In this document: positions 12,021 through 27,400 of the stretch, piece after piece
How positions within the stretch are numbered: the stretch's first letter is position 1
Layout of the letters: the number at the start of each line of letters is the position of its first letter
From: Utricularia gibba
Taxonomy: Eukaryota; Plantae; Magnoliophyta
Direction: 5' to 3'
Length of the DNA stretch: 64,000 nucleotides
NCBI GenBank assembly: GCA_002189035.1
Contig: NEEC01000034.1
Span: forward strand, 10,717 to 74,716
The notes under the pieces: model-generated
Told to the model about the DNA's origin: nothing
Databases searched by the model: none
The model's input: the letters and a program-made list of their open reading frames with translations, nothing else
Made by a program: the position numbers and the translations under genes

Positions 12021-12420
12021 GGCTGCGTCTTCTCGTTCTCGACATTGATGCAAATGGGATACACGGCAAAAGAATCAAATAGCCACTAGAGACATGGTGT
12101 ATGGGAATGGTGCATCAAGAATCAGAAGTATCATAGCAACTAATTGAATCAATCAACAGCCAAAACATATGGTGTCAAACTTCATCGGATATGCGATCAA
12201 GCGTGAAAAAAGCACTTCTCGTTCTCGACATTGATGCAAATGGGATACACGGCAAAAGAATCAAATAGCCACTAGAGACATGGTGTATGGGAATGGTGCA
12301 TCAAGAATCAGAAGTATCATAGCAACTAATTGAATCAATCAACAGCCAAAACATATGGTGTCAAACTTCATCGGATATGCGATCAAGATGGAAAAAAGTC
12401 ACATGTTACATCATGAATTT
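12021..12420 (+). other. Rearranged copy: 11-bp deletion plus local duplication of about 185 bp (unit ~242-428)
   Basis: GCGTCT|TCTCG at 12030. At about 12215 the sequence returns from unit ~428 to CTTCTCGTTCTCG (unit 242). The local period is 709 bp (11907 to 12616). Confidence 0.85.
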
Positions 12421-15400
12421 CGTGGCATCACTTATCCCAACACTGTTGTATACTCAGGATATGCGTAAATATTTATTTTTAACAAATCCGGTGCACGTGT
12501 GATTTTTCGGCTGCATCCCGAATGGTGATGCGCAATGAAATGACTATGTCGCACATCCTGGTCCACGAAGCACCTCTTCGAAAACATGTAGAGCCTTACT
12601 CTTCATAGCACACCATTGGGAAGCTTTATTCGTGCTCCAAGTAATATCATATGGAGTTACGTTTTTCCGATAACTGTGGACATATTAAAAACAACCTCAA
12701 CGAAAAGTGTCTTCCGTGTCCTTCCTTGGTGGCTGCGTCTAAGAATGTGCTTCTCGTTCTCGACATTGATGCAAATGGGATACACGGCAAAAGAATCAAA
12801 TAGCCACTAGAGACATGGTGTATGGGAATGGTGCATCAAGAATCAGAAGTATCATAGCAACTAATTGAATCAATCAACAGCCAAAACATATGGTGTCAAA
12901 CTTCATCGGATATGCGATCAAGATGGAAAAAAGTCACATGTTACATCATGAATTTCGTGGCATCACTTATCCCAACACTGTTGTATACTCAGGATATGCG
13001 TAAATATTTATTTTTAACAAATCCGGTGCACGTGTGATTTTTCGGCTGCATCCCGAATGGTGATGCGCAATGAAATGACTATGTCGCACATCCTGGTCCA
13101 CGAAGCACCTCTTCGAAACATGTAGAGCCTTACTCTTCATAGCACACCATTGGGAAGCTTTATTCGTGCTCCAAGTAATATCATATGGAGTTACGTTTTT
13201 CCGATAACTGTGGACATATTAAAAACAACCTCAACGAAAAGTGTCTTCCGTGTCCTTCCTTGGTGGCTGCGTCTAAGAATGTGCTTCTCGTTCTCGACAT
13301 TGATGCAAATGGGATACACGGCAAAAGAATCAAATAGCCACTAGAGACATGGTGTATGGGAATGGTGCATCAAGAATCAGAAGTATCATAGCAACTAATT
13401 GAATCAATCAACAGCCAAAACATATGGTGTCAAACTTCATCGGATATGCGATCAAGATGGAAAAAAGTCACATGTTACATCATGAATTTCGTGGCATCAC
13501 TTATCCCAACACTGTTGTATACTCAGGATATGCGTAAATATTTATTTTTAACAAATCCGGTGCACGTGTGATTTTTCGGCTGCATCCCGAATGGTGATGC
13601 GCAATGAAATGACTATGTCGCACATCCTGGTCCACGAAGCACCTCTTCGAAAACATGTAGAGCCTTACTCTTCATAGCACACCATTGGGAAGCTTTATTC
13701 GTGCTCCAAGTAATATCATATGGAGTTACGTTTTTCCGATAACTGTGGACATATTAAAAACAACCTCAACGAAAAGTGTCTTCCGTGTCCTTCCTTGGTG
13801 GCTGCGTCTAAGAATGTGCTTCTCGTTCTCGACATTGATGCAAATGGGATACACGGCAAAAGAATCAAATAGCCACTAGAGACATGGTGTATGGGAATGG
13901 TGCATCAAGAATCAGAAGTATCATAGCAACTAATTGAATCAATCAACAGCCAAAACATATGGTGTCAAACTTCATCGGATATGCGATCAAGATGGAAAAA
14001 AGTCACATGTTACATCATGAATTTCGTGGCATCACTTATCCCAACACTGTTGTATACTCAGGATATGCGTAAATATTTATTTTTAACAAATCCGGTGCAC
14101 GTGTGATTTTTCGGCTGCATCCCGAATGGTGATGCGCAATGAAATGACTATGTCGCACATCCTGGTCCACGAAGCACCTCTTCGAAAACATGTAGAGCCT
14201 TACTCTTCATAGCACACCATTGGGAAGCTTTATTCGTGCTCCAAGTAATATCATATGGAGTTACGTTTTTCCGATAACTGTGGACATATTAAAAACAACC
14301 TCAACGAAAAGTGTCTTCCGTGTCCTTCCTTGGTGGCTGCGTCTAAGAATGTGCTTCTCGTTCTCGACATTGATGCAAATGGGATACACGGCAAAAGAAT
14401 CAAATAGCCACTAGAGACATGGTGTATGGGAATGGTGCATCAAGAATCAGAAGTATCATAGCAACTAATTGAATCAATCAACAGCCAAAACATATGGTGT
14501 CAAACTTCATCGGATATGCGATCAAGATGGAAAAAAGTCACATGTTACATCATGAATTTCGTGGCATCACTTATCCCAACACTGTTGTATACTCAGGATA
14601 TGCGTAAATATTTATTTTTAACAAATCCGGTGCACGTGTGATTTTTCGGCTGCATCCCGAATGGTGATGCGCAATGAAATGACTATGTCGCACATCCTGG
14701 TCCACGAAGCACCTCTTCGAAAACATGTAGAGCCTTACTCTTCATAGCACACCATTGGGAAGCTTTATTCGTGCTCCAAGTAATATCATATGGAGTTACG
14801 TTTTTCCGATAACTGTGGACATATTAAAAACAACCTCAACGAAAAGTGTCTTCCGTGTCCTTCCTTGGTGGCTGCGTCTAAGAATGTGCTTCTCGTTCTC
14901 GACATTGATGCAAATGGGATACACGGCAAAAGAATCAAATAGCCACTAGAGACATGGTGTATGGGAATGGTGCATCAAGAATCAGAAGTATCATAGCAAC
15001 TAATTGAATCAATCAACAGCCAAAACATATGGTGTCAAACTTCATCGGATATGCGATCAAGATGGAAAAAAGTCACATGTTACATCATGAATTTCGTGGC
15101 ATCACTTATCCCAACACTGTTGTATACTCAGGATATGCGTAAATATTTATTTTTAACAAATCCGGTGCACGTGTGATTTTTCGGCTGCATCCCGAATGGT
15201 GATGCGCAATGAAATGACTATGTCGCACATCCTGGTCCACGAAGCACCTCTTCGAAAACATGTAGAGCCTTACTCTTCATAGCACACCATTGGGAAGCTT
15301 TATTCGTGCTCCAAGTAATATCATATGGAGTTACGTTTTTCCGATAACTGTGGACATATTAAAAACAACCTCAACGAAAAGTGTCTTCCGTGTCCTTCCT

Positions 15401-18400
15401 TGGTGGCTGCGTTAAAATGTGCTTCTCGTTCTCGACATGTGATGCAAATGGGATACACGGCATAAAGAATGTCAAGATACATTGATGCAAATGGGATACA
15501 CGGCAAAAGAATCAAATAGCCACTAGAGACATGGTGTATGGGAATGGTGCATCAAGAATCAGAAGTATCATAGCAACTAATTGAATCAATCAACAGCCAA
15601 AACATATGGTGTCAAACTTCATCGGATATGCGATCAAGATGGAAAAAAGTCACATGTTACATCATGAATTTCGTGGCATCACTTATCCCAACACTGTTGT
15701 ATACTCAGGATATGCGTAAATATTTATTTTTAACAAATCCGGTGCACGTGTGATTTTTCGGCTGCATCCCGAATGGTGATGCGCAATGAAATGACTATGT
15801 CGCACATCCTGGTCCACGAAGCACCTCTTCGAAAACATGTAGAGCCTTACTCTTCATAGCACACCATTGGGAAGCTTTATTCGTGCTCCAAGTAATATCA
15901 TATGGAGTTACGTTTTTCCGATAACTGTGGACATATTAAAAACAACCTCAACGAAAAGTGTCTTCCGTGTCCTTCCTTGGTGGCTGCGTCTAAGAATGTG
16001 CTTCTCGTTCTCGACATTGATGCAAATGGGATACACGGCAAAAGAATCAAATAGCCACTAGAGACATGGTGTATGGGAATGGTGCATCAAGAATCAGAAG
16101 TATCATAGCAACTAATTGAATCAATCAACAGCCAAAACATATGGTGTCAAACTTCATCGGATATGCGATCAAGATGGAAAAAAGTCACATGTTACATCAT
16201 GAATTTCGTGGCATCACTTATCCCAACACTGTTGTATACTCAGGATATGCGTAAATATTTATTTTTAACAAATCCGGTGCACGTGTGATTTTTCGGCTGC
16301 ATCCCGAATGGTGATGCGCAATGAAATGACTATGTCGCACATCCTGGTCCACGAAGCACCTCTTCGAAAACATGTAGAGCCTTACTCTTCATAGCACACC
16401 ATTGGGAAGCTTTATTCGTGCTCCAAGTAATATCATATGGAGTTACGTTTTTCCGATAACTGTGGACATATTAAAAACAACCTCAACGAAAAGTGTCTTC
16501 CGTGTCCTTCCTTGGTGGCTGCGTCTAAGAATGTGCTTCTCGTTCTCGACATTGATGCAAATGGGATACACGGCAAAAGAATCAAATAGCCACTAGAGAC
16601 ATGGTGTATGGGAATGGTGCATCAAGAATCAGAAGTATCATAGCAACTAATTGAATCAATCAACAGCCAAAACATATGGTGTCAAACTTCATCGGATATG
16701 CGATCAAGATGGAAAAAAGTCACATGTTACATCATGAATTTCGTGGCATCACTTATCCCAACACTGTTGTATACTCAGGATATGCGTAAATATTTATTTT
16801 TAACAAATCCGGTGCACGTGTGATTTTTCGGCTGCATCCCGAATGGTGATGCGCAATGAAATGACTATGTCGCACATCCTGGTCCACGAAGCACCTCTTC
16901 GAAAACATGTAGAGCCTTACTCTTCATAGCACACCATTGGGAAGCTTTATTCGTGCTCCAAGTAATATCATATGGAGTTACGTTTTTCCGATAACTGTGG
17001 ACATATTAAAAACAACCTCAACGAAAAGTGTCTTCCGTGTCCTTCCTTGGTGGCTGCGTCTAAGAATGTGCTTCTCGTTCTCGACATTGATGCAAATGGG
17101 ATACACGGCAAAAGAATCAAATAGCCACTAGAGACATGGTGTATGGGAATGGTGCATCAAGAATCAGAAGTATCATAGCAACTAATTGAATCAATCAACA
17201 GCCAAAACATATGGTGTCAAACTTCATCGGATATGCGATCAAGATGGAAAAAAGTCACATGTTACATCATGAATTTCGTGGCATCACTTATCCCAACACT
17301 GTTGTATACTCAGGATATGCGTAAATATTTATTTTTAACAAATCCGGTGCACGTGTGATTTTTCGGCTGCATCCCGAATGGTGATGCGCAATGAAATGAC
17401 TATGTCGCACATCCTGGTCCACGAAGCACCTCTTCGAAAACATGTAGAGCCTTACTCTTCATAGCACACCATTGGGAAGCTTTATTCGTGCTCCAAGTAA
17501 TATCATATGGAGTTACGTTTTTCCGATAACTGTGGACATATTAAAAACAACCTCAACGAAAAGTGTCTTCCGTGTCCTTCCTTGGTGGCTGCGTCTAAGA
17601 ATGTGCTTCTCGTTCTCGACATTGATGCAAATGGGATACACGGCAAAAGAATCAAATAGCCACTAGAGACATGGTGTATGGGAATGGTGCATCAAGAATC
17701 AGAAGTATCATAGCAACTAATTGAATCAATCAACAGCCAAAACATATGGTGTCAAACTTCATCGGATATGCGATCAAGATGGAAAAAAGTCACATGTTAC
17801 ATCATGAATTTCGTGGCATCACTTATCCCAACACTGTTGTATACTCAGGATATGCGTAAATATTTATTTTTAACAAATCCGGTGCACGTGTGATTTTTCG
17901 GCTGCATCCCGAATGGTGATGCGCAATGAAATGACTATGTCGCACATCCTGGTCCACGAAGCACCTCTTCGAAAACATGTAGAGCCTTACTCTTCATAGC
18001 ACACCATTGGGAAGCTTTATTCGTGCTCCAAGTAATATCATATGGAGTTACGTTTTTCCGATAACTGTGGACATATTAAAAACAACCTCAACGAAAAGTG
18101 TCTTCCGTGTCCTTCCTTGGTGGCTGCGTCTAAGAATGTGCTTCTCGTTCTCGACATTGATGCAAATGGGATACACGGCAAAAGAATCAAATAGCCACTA
18201 GAGACATGGTGTATGGGAATGGTGCATCAAGAATCAGAAGTATCATAGCAACTAATTGAATCAATCAACAGCCAAAACATATGGTGTCAAACTTCATCGG
18301 ATATGCGATCAAGATGGAAAAAAGTCACATGTTACATCATGAATTTCGTGGCATCACTTATCCCAACACTGTTGTATACTCAGGATATGCGTAAATATTT

Positions 18401-21400
18401 ATTTTTAACAAATCCGGTGCACGTGTGATTTTTCGGCTGCATCCCGAATGGTGATGCGCAATGAAATGACTATGTCGCACATCCTGGTCCACGAAGCACC
18501 TCTTCGAAAATGTAGAGCCTTACTCTTCATAGCACACCATTGGGAAGCTTTATTCGTGCTCCAAGTAATATCATATGGAGTTACGTTTTTCCGATAACTG
18601 TGGACATATTAAAAACAACCTCAACGAAAAGTGTCTTCCGTGTCCTTCCTTGGTGGCTGCGTCTAAGAATGTGCTTCTCGTTCTCGACATTGATGCAAAT
18701 GGGATACACGGCAAAAGAATCAAATAGCCACTAGAGACATGGTGTATGGGAATGGTGCATCAAGAATCAGAAGTATCATAGCAACTAATTGAATCAATCA
18801 ACAGCCAAAACATATGGTGTCAAACTTCATCGGATATGCGATCAAGATGGAAAAAAGTCACATGTTACATCATGAATTTCGTGGCATCACTTATCCCAAC
18901 ACTGTTGTATACTCAGGATATGCGTAAATATTTATTTTTAACAAATCCGGTGCACGTGTGATTTTTCGGCTGCATCCCGAATGGTGATGCGCAATGAAAT
19001 GACTATGTCGCACATCCTGGTCCACGAAGCACCTCTTCGAAAACATGTAGAGCCTTACTCTTCATAGCACACCATTGGGAAGCTTTATTCGTGCTCCAAG
19101 TAATATCATATGGAGTTACGTTTTTCCGATAACTGTGGACATATTAAAAACAACCTCAACGAAAAGTGTCTTCCGTGTCCTTCCTTGGTGGCTGCGTCTA
19201 AGAATGTGCTTCTCGTTCTCGACATTGATGCAAATGGGATACACGGCAAAAGAATCAAATAGCCACTAGAGACATGGTGTATGGGAATGGTGCATCAAGA
19301 ATCAGAAGTATCATAGCAACTAATTGAATCAATCAACAGCCAAAACATATGGTGTCAAACTTCATCGGATATGCGATCAAGATGGAAAAAAGTCACATGT
19401 TACATCATGAATTTCGTGGCATCACTTATCCCAACACTGTTGTATACTCAGGATATGCGTAAATATTTATTTTTAACAAATCCGGTGCACGTGTGATTTT
19501 TCGGCTGCATCCCGAATGGTGATGCGCAATGAAATGACTATGTCGCACATCCTGGTCCACGAAGCACCTCTTCGAAAACATGTAGAGCCTTACTCTTCAT
19601 AGCACACCATTGGGAAGCTTTATTCGTGCTCCAAGTAATATCATATGGAGTTACGTTTTTCCGATAACTGTGGACATATTAAAAACAACCTCAACGAAAA
19701 GTGTCTTCCGTGTCCTTCCTTGGTGGCTGCGTCTAAGAATGTGCTTCTCGTTCTCGACATTGATGCAAATGGGATACACGGCAAAAGAATCAAATAGCCA
19801 CTAGAGACATGGTGTATGGGAATGGTGCATCAAGAATCAGAAGTATCATAGCAACTAATTGAATCAATCAACAGCCAAAACATATGGTGTCAAACTTCAT
19901 CGGATATGCGATCAAGATGGAAAAAAGTCACATGTTACATCATGAATTTCGTGGCATCACTTATCCCAACACTGTTGTATACTCAGGATATGCGTAAATA
20001 TTTATTTTTAACAAATCCGGTGCACGTGTGATTTTTCGGCTGCATCCCGAATGGTGATGCGCAATGAAATGACTATGTCGCACATCCTGGTCCACGAAGC
20101 ACCTCTTCGAAACATGTAGAGCCTTACTCTTCATAGATGCACACCATTAGGGACATGCATTTATCATCGAATGCTCCAAGTCAATATCATACATGGAGTT
20201 ACGTTTTTCCGGTGCATAACTGTGGACATACATCCTACGAAGCACCTCTTCGACATGTAGAGCCTTACATAGCGAAAAATATCATATGTGTCTTCCGAAA
20301 AGTGTCCTTCCTTGGTGGCTGCGTCTAAGAATGTGCTTCTCGTTCTCGACATTGATGCAAATGGGATACACGGCAAAAGAATCAAATAGCCACTAGAGAC
20401 ATGGTGTATGGGAATGGTGCATCAAGAATCAGAAGTATCATAGCAACTAATTGAATCAATCAACAGCCAAAACATATGGTGTCAAACTTCATCGGATATG
20501 CGATCAAGATGGAAAAAAGTCACATGTTACATCATGAATTTCGTGGCATCACTTATCCCAACACTGTTGTATACTCAGGATATGCGTAAATATTTATTTT
20601 TAACAAATCCGGTGCACGTGTGATTTTTCGGCTGCATCCCGAATGGTGATGCGCAATGAAATGACTATGTCGCACATCCTGGTCCACGAAGCACCTCTTC
20701 GAAAACATGTAGAGCCTTACTCTTCATAGCACACCATTGGGAAGCTTTATTCGTGCTCCAAGTAATATCATATGGAGTTACGTTTTTCCGATAACTGTGG
20801 ACATATTAAAAACAACCTCAACGAAAAGTGTCTTCCGTGTCCTTCCTTGGTGGCTGCGTCTAACTTCTCGTTCTCGACATTGATGCAGGCAAAAGAATCA
20901 AATAGCCACTAGAGACATGGTGTATGGGAATGGTGCATCAAGAATCAGAAGTATCATAGCAACTAATTGAATCAATCAACAGCCAAAACATATGGTGTCA
21001 AACTTCATCGGATATGCGATCAAGATGGAAAAAAGTCACATGTTACATCATGAATTTCGTGGCATCACTTATCCCAACACTGTTGTATACTCAGGATATG
21101 CGTAAATATTTATTTTTAACAAATCCGGTGCACGTGTGATTTTTCGGCTGCATCCCGAATGGTGATGCGCAATGAAATGACTATGTCGCACATCCTGGTC
21201 CACGAAGCACCTCTTCGAAACATGTAGAGCCTTACTCTTCATAGCACACCATTGGGAAGCTTTATTCGTGCTCCAAGTAATATCATATGGAGTTACGTTT
21301 TTCCGATAACTGTGGACATATTAAAAACAACCTCAACGAAAAGTGTCTTCCGTGTCCTTCCTTGGTGGCTGCGTCTAAGAATGTGCTTCTCGTTCTCGAC

Positions 21401-24400
21401 ATTGATGCAAATGGGATACACGGCAAAAGAATCAAATAGCCACTAGAGACATGGTGTATGGGAATGGTGCATCAAGAATCAGAAGTATCATAGCAACTAA
21501 TTGAATCAATCAACAGCCAAAACATATGGTGTCAAACTTCATCGGATATGCGATCAAGATGGAAAAAAGTCACATGTTACATCATGAATTTCGTGGCATC
21601 ACTTATCCCAACACTGTTGTATACTCAGGATATGCGTAAATATTTATTTTTAACAAATCCGGTGCACGTGTGATTTTTCGGCTGCATCCCGAATGGTGAT
21701 GCGCAATGAAATGACTATGTCGCACATCCTGGTCCACGAAGCACCTCTTCGAAAACATGTAGAGCCTTACTCTTCATAGCACACCATTGGGAAGCTTTAT
21801 TCGTGCTCCAAGTAATATCATATGGAGTTACGTTTTCCGATAACTGTGGACATATTAAAAACAACCTCAACGAAAAGTGTCTTCCGTGTCCTTCCTTGGT
21901 GGCTGCGTCTAAGAATGTGCTTCTCGTTCTCGACATTGATGCAAATGGGATACACGGCAAAAGAATCAAATAGCCACTAGAGACATGGTGTATGGGAATG
22001 GTGCATCAAGAATCAGAAGTATCATAGCAACTAATTGAATCAATCAACAGCCAAAACATATGGTGTCAAACTTCATCGGATATGCGATCAAGATGGAAAA
22101 AAGTCACATGTTACATCATGAATTTCGTGGCATCACTTATCCCAACACTGTTGTATACTCAGGATATGCGTAAATATTTATTTTTAACAAATCCGGTGCA
22201 CGTGTGATTTTTCGGCTGCATCCCGAATGGTGATGCGCAATGAAATGACTATGTCGCACATCCTGGTCCACGAAGCACCTCTTCGAAACACCTTACTGTA
22301 AGCTTTCTTCTAGCACACCATTGGGAAGCTGTTCCAAGTAATATCATATGGAGTTACGTTTTTCCGATAACTGTGGACATATTAAAAACAACCTCAACGA
22401 AAAGTGTCTTCCGTGTCCTTCCTTGGTGGCTGCGTCTAAGAATGTGCTTCTCGTTCTCGACATTGATGCAAATGGGATACACGGCAAAAGAATCAAATAG
22501 CCACTAGAGACATGGTGTATGGGAATGGTGCATCAAGAATCAGAAGTATCATAGCAACTAATTGAATCAATCAACAGCCAAAACATATGGTGTCAAACTT
22601 CATCGGATATGCGATCAAGATGGAAAAAAGTCACATGTTACATCATGAATTTCGTGGCATCACTTATCCCAACACTGTTGTATACTCAGGATATGCGTAA
22701 ATATTTATTTTTAACAAATCCGGTGCACGTGTGATTTTTCGGCTGCATCCCGAATGGTGATGCGCAATGAAATGACTATGTCGCACATCCTGGTCCACGA
22801 AGCACCTCTTCGAAAACATGTAGAGCCTTACTCTTCATAGCACACCATTGGGAAGCTTTATTCGTGCTCCAAGTAATATCATATGGAGTTACGTTTTTCC
22901 GATAACTGTGGACATATTAAAAACAACCTCAACGAAAAGTGTCTTCCGTGTCCTTCCTTGGTGGCTGCGTCTAAGAATGTGCTTCTCGTTCTCGACATTG
23001 ATGCAAATGGGATACACGGCAAAAGAATCAAATAGCCACTAGAGACATGGTGTATGGGAATGGTGCATCAAGAATCAGAAGTATCATAGCAACTAATTGA
23101 ATCAATCAACAGCCAAAACATATGGTGTCAAACTTCATCGGATATGCGATCAAGATGGAAAAAAGTCACATGTTACATCATGAATTTCGTGGCATCACTT
23201 ATCCCAACACTGTTGTATACTCAGGATATGCGTAAATATTTATTTTTAACAAATCCGGTGCACGTGTGATTTTTCGGCTGCATCCCGAATGGTGATGCGC
23301 AATGAAATGACTATGTCGCACATCCTGGTCCACGAAGCACCTCTTCGAAAACATGTAGAGCCTTACTCTTCATAGCACACCATTGGGAAGCTTTATTCGT
23401 GCTCCAAGTAATATCATATGGAGTTACGTTTTTCCGATAACTGTGGACATATTAAAAACAACCTCAACGAAAAGTGTCTTCCGTGTCCTTCCTTGGTGGC
23501 TGCGTCTAAGAATGTGCTTCTCGTTCTCGACATTGATGCAAATGGGATACACGGCAAAAGAATCAAATAGCCACTAGAGACATGGTGTATGGGAATGGTG
23601 CATCAAGAATCAGAAGTATCATAGCAACTAATTGAATCAATCAACAGCCAAAACATATGGTGTCAAACTTCATCGGATATGCGATCAAGATGGAAAAAAG
23701 TCACATGTTACATCATGAATTTCGTGGCATCACTTATCCCAACACTGTTGTATACTCAGGATATGCGTAAATATTTATTTTTAACAAATCCGGTGCACGT
23801 GTGATTTTTCGGCTGCATCCCGAATGGTGATGCGCAATGAAATGACTATGTCGCACATCCTGGTCCACGAAGCACCTCTTCGGTAGAGCCTTACTCTTCA
23901 TAGCACACCATTGGGAAGCTTTATTCGTGCTCCAAGCATCAAGACATCAGAAAAGTAAGAATGTGCATATGCAACTCAAATTAGAGACATCATCAAGAAT
24001 CAGAAGTATCAGCAACTAAAATCAATCATGGTGTCAAACTTCATCGGATATGCGATCAAGATGGAAAAAAGTCACATGTTACATCATGAATTTCGTGGCA
24101 TCACTTATCCCAACACTGTTGTATACTCAGGATATGCGTAAATATTTATTTTTAACAAATCCGGTGCACGTGTGATTTTTCGGCTGCATCCCGAATGGTG
24201 ATGCGCAATGAAATGACTATGTCGCACATCCTGGTCCACGAAGCACCTCTTCGAAAACATGTAGAGCCTTACTCTTCATAGCACACCATTGGGAAGCTTT
24301 ATTCGTGCTCCAAGTAATATCATATGGAGTTACGTTTTTCCGATAACTGTGGACATATTAAAAACAACCTCAACGAAAAGTGTCTTCCGTGTCCTTCCTT

Positions 24401-27400
24401 GGTGGCTGCGTCTAAGAATGTGCTTCTCGTTCTCGACATTGATGCAAATGGGATACACGGCAAAAGAATCAAATAGCCACTAGAGACATGGTGTATGGGA
24501 ATGGTGCATCAAGAATCAGAAGTATCATAGCAACTAATTGAATCAATCAACAGCCAAAACATATGGTGTCAAACTTCATCGGATATGCGATCAAGATGGA
24601 AAAAAGTCACATGTTACATCATGAATTTCGTGGCATCACTTATCCCAACACTGTTGTATACTCAGGATATGCGTAAATATTTATTTTTAACAAATCCGGT
24701 GCACGTGTGATTTTTCGGCTGCATCCCGAATGGTGATGCGCAATGAAATGACTATGTCGCACATCCTGGTCCACGAAGCACCTCTTCGAAACATGTAGAG
24801 CCTTACTCTTCATAGCACACCATTGGGAAGCTTTATTCGTGCTCCAAGTAATATCATATGGAGTTACGTTTTTCCGATAACTGTGGACATATTAAAAACA
24901 ACCTCAACGAAAAGTGTCTTCCGTGTCCTTCCTTGGTGGCTGCGTCTAAGAATGTGCTTCTCGTTCTCGACATTGATGCAAATGGGATACACGGCAAAAG
25001 AATCAAATAGCCACTAGAGACATGGTGTATGGGAATGGTGCATCAAGAATCAGAAGTATCATAGCAACTAATTGAATCAATCAACAGCCAAAACATATGG
25101 TGTCAAACTTCATCGGATATGCGATCAAGATGGAAAAAAGTCACATGTTACATCATGAATTTCGTGGCATCACTTATCCCAACACTGTTGTATACTCAGG
25201 ATATGCGTAAATATTTATTTTTAACAAATCCGGTGCACGTGTGATTTTTCGGCTGCATCCCGAATGGTGATGCGCAATGAAATGACTATGTCGCACATCC
25301 TGGTCCACGAAGCACCTCTTCGAAAACATGTAGAGCCTTACTCTTCATAGCACACCATTGGGAAGCTTTATTCGTGCTCCAAGTAATATCATATGGAGTT
25401 ACGTTTTTCCGATAACTGTGGACATATTAAAAACAACCTCAACGAAAAGTGTCTTCCGTGTCCTTCCTTGGTGGCTGCGTCTAAGAATGTGCTTCTCGTT
25501 CTCGACATTGATGCAAATGGGATACACGGCAAAAGAATCAAATAGCCACTAGAGACATGGTGTATGGGAATGGTGCATCAAGAATCAGAAGTATCATAGC
25601 AACTAATTGAATCAATCAACAGCCAAAACATATGGTGTCAAACTTCATCGGATATGCGATCAAGATGGAAAAAAGTCACATGTTACATCATGAATTTCGT
25701 GGCATCACTTATCCCAACACTGTTGTATACTCAGGATATGCGTAAATATTTATTTTTAACAAATCCGGTGCACGTGTGATTTTTCGGCTGCATCCCGAAT
25801 GGTGATGCGCAATGAAATGACTATGTCGCACATCCTGGTCCACGAAGCACCTCTTCGAAAACATGTAGAGCCTTACTCTTCATAGCACACCATTGGGAAG
25901 CTTTATTCGTGCTCCAAGTAATATCATATGGAGTTACGTTTTCCGATAACTGTGGACATATTAAAAACAACCTCAACGAAAAGTGTCTTCCGTGTCCTTC
26001 CTTGGTGGCTGCGTCTAAGTGCTTCTCGTTCTCGATTGATGCAAATACACGGCAAAAGAATCAAATAGCCACTAGAGACATGGTGTATGGGAATGGTGCA
26101 TCAAGAATCAGAAGTATCATAGCAACTAATTGAATCAATCAACAGCCAAAACATATGGTGTCAAACTTCATCGGATATGCGATCAAGATGGAAAAAAGTC
26201 ACATGTTACATCATGAATACTCAGGATATGCGTAAATATTTATTTTTAACAAATCCGGTGCACGTGTGATTTTTCTCAAGCACGTAGAGCCTTACTCTTC
26301 ATAGCACACCATTGTTTATTCGTGCTCCAAGTAATATCATATGGAGTTACGTTCCGATAACTGTGGACATATGAAAAGTGGTGTCCTTCCTTGGTGGCTG
26401 CGTCTAAGAATGTGCTTCTCGTTCTCGACATTGATGCAAATGGGATACACGGCAAAAGAATCAAATAGCCACTAGAGACATGGTGTATGGGAATGGTGCA
26501 TCAAGAATCAGAAGTATCATAGCAACTAATTGAATCAATCAACAGCCAAAACATATGGTGTCAAACTTCATCGGATATGCGATCAAGATGGAAAAAAGTC
26601 ACATGTTACATCATGAATTTCGTGGCATCACTTATCCCAACACTGTTGTATACTCAGGATATGCGTAAATATTTATTTTTAACAAATCCGGTGCACGTGT
26701 GATTTTTCGGCTGCATCCCGAATGGTGATGCGCAATGAAATGACTATGTCGCACATCCTGGTCCACGAAGCACCTCTTCGAAAACATGTAGAGCCTTACT
26801 CTTCATAGCACACCATTGGGAAGCTTTATTCGTGCTCCAAGTAATATCATATGGAGTTACGTTTTTCCGATAACTGTGGACATATTAAAAACAACCTCAA
26901 CGAAAAGTGTCTTCCGTGTCCTTCCTTGGTGGCTGCGTCTAAGAATGTGCTTCTCGTTCTCGACATTGATGCAAATGGGATACACGGCAAAAGAATCAAA
27001 TAGCCACTAGAGACATGGTGTATGGGAATGGTGCATCAAGAATCAGAAGTATCATAGCAACTAATTGAATCAATCAACAGCCAAAACATATGGTGTCAAA
27101 CTTCATCGGATATGCGATCAAGATGGAAAAAAGTCACATGTTACATCATGAATTTCGTGGCATCACTTATCCCAACACTGTTGTATACTCAGGATATGCG
27201 TAAATATTTATTTTTAACAAATCCGGTGCACGTGTGATTTTTCGGCTGCATCCCGAATGGTGATGCGCAATGAAATGACTATGTCGCACATCCTGGTCCA
27301 CGAAGCACCTCTTCGAAACATGTAGAGCCTTACTCTTCATAGCACACCATTGGGAAGCTTTATTCGTGCTCCAAGTAATATCATATGGAGTTACGTTTTT

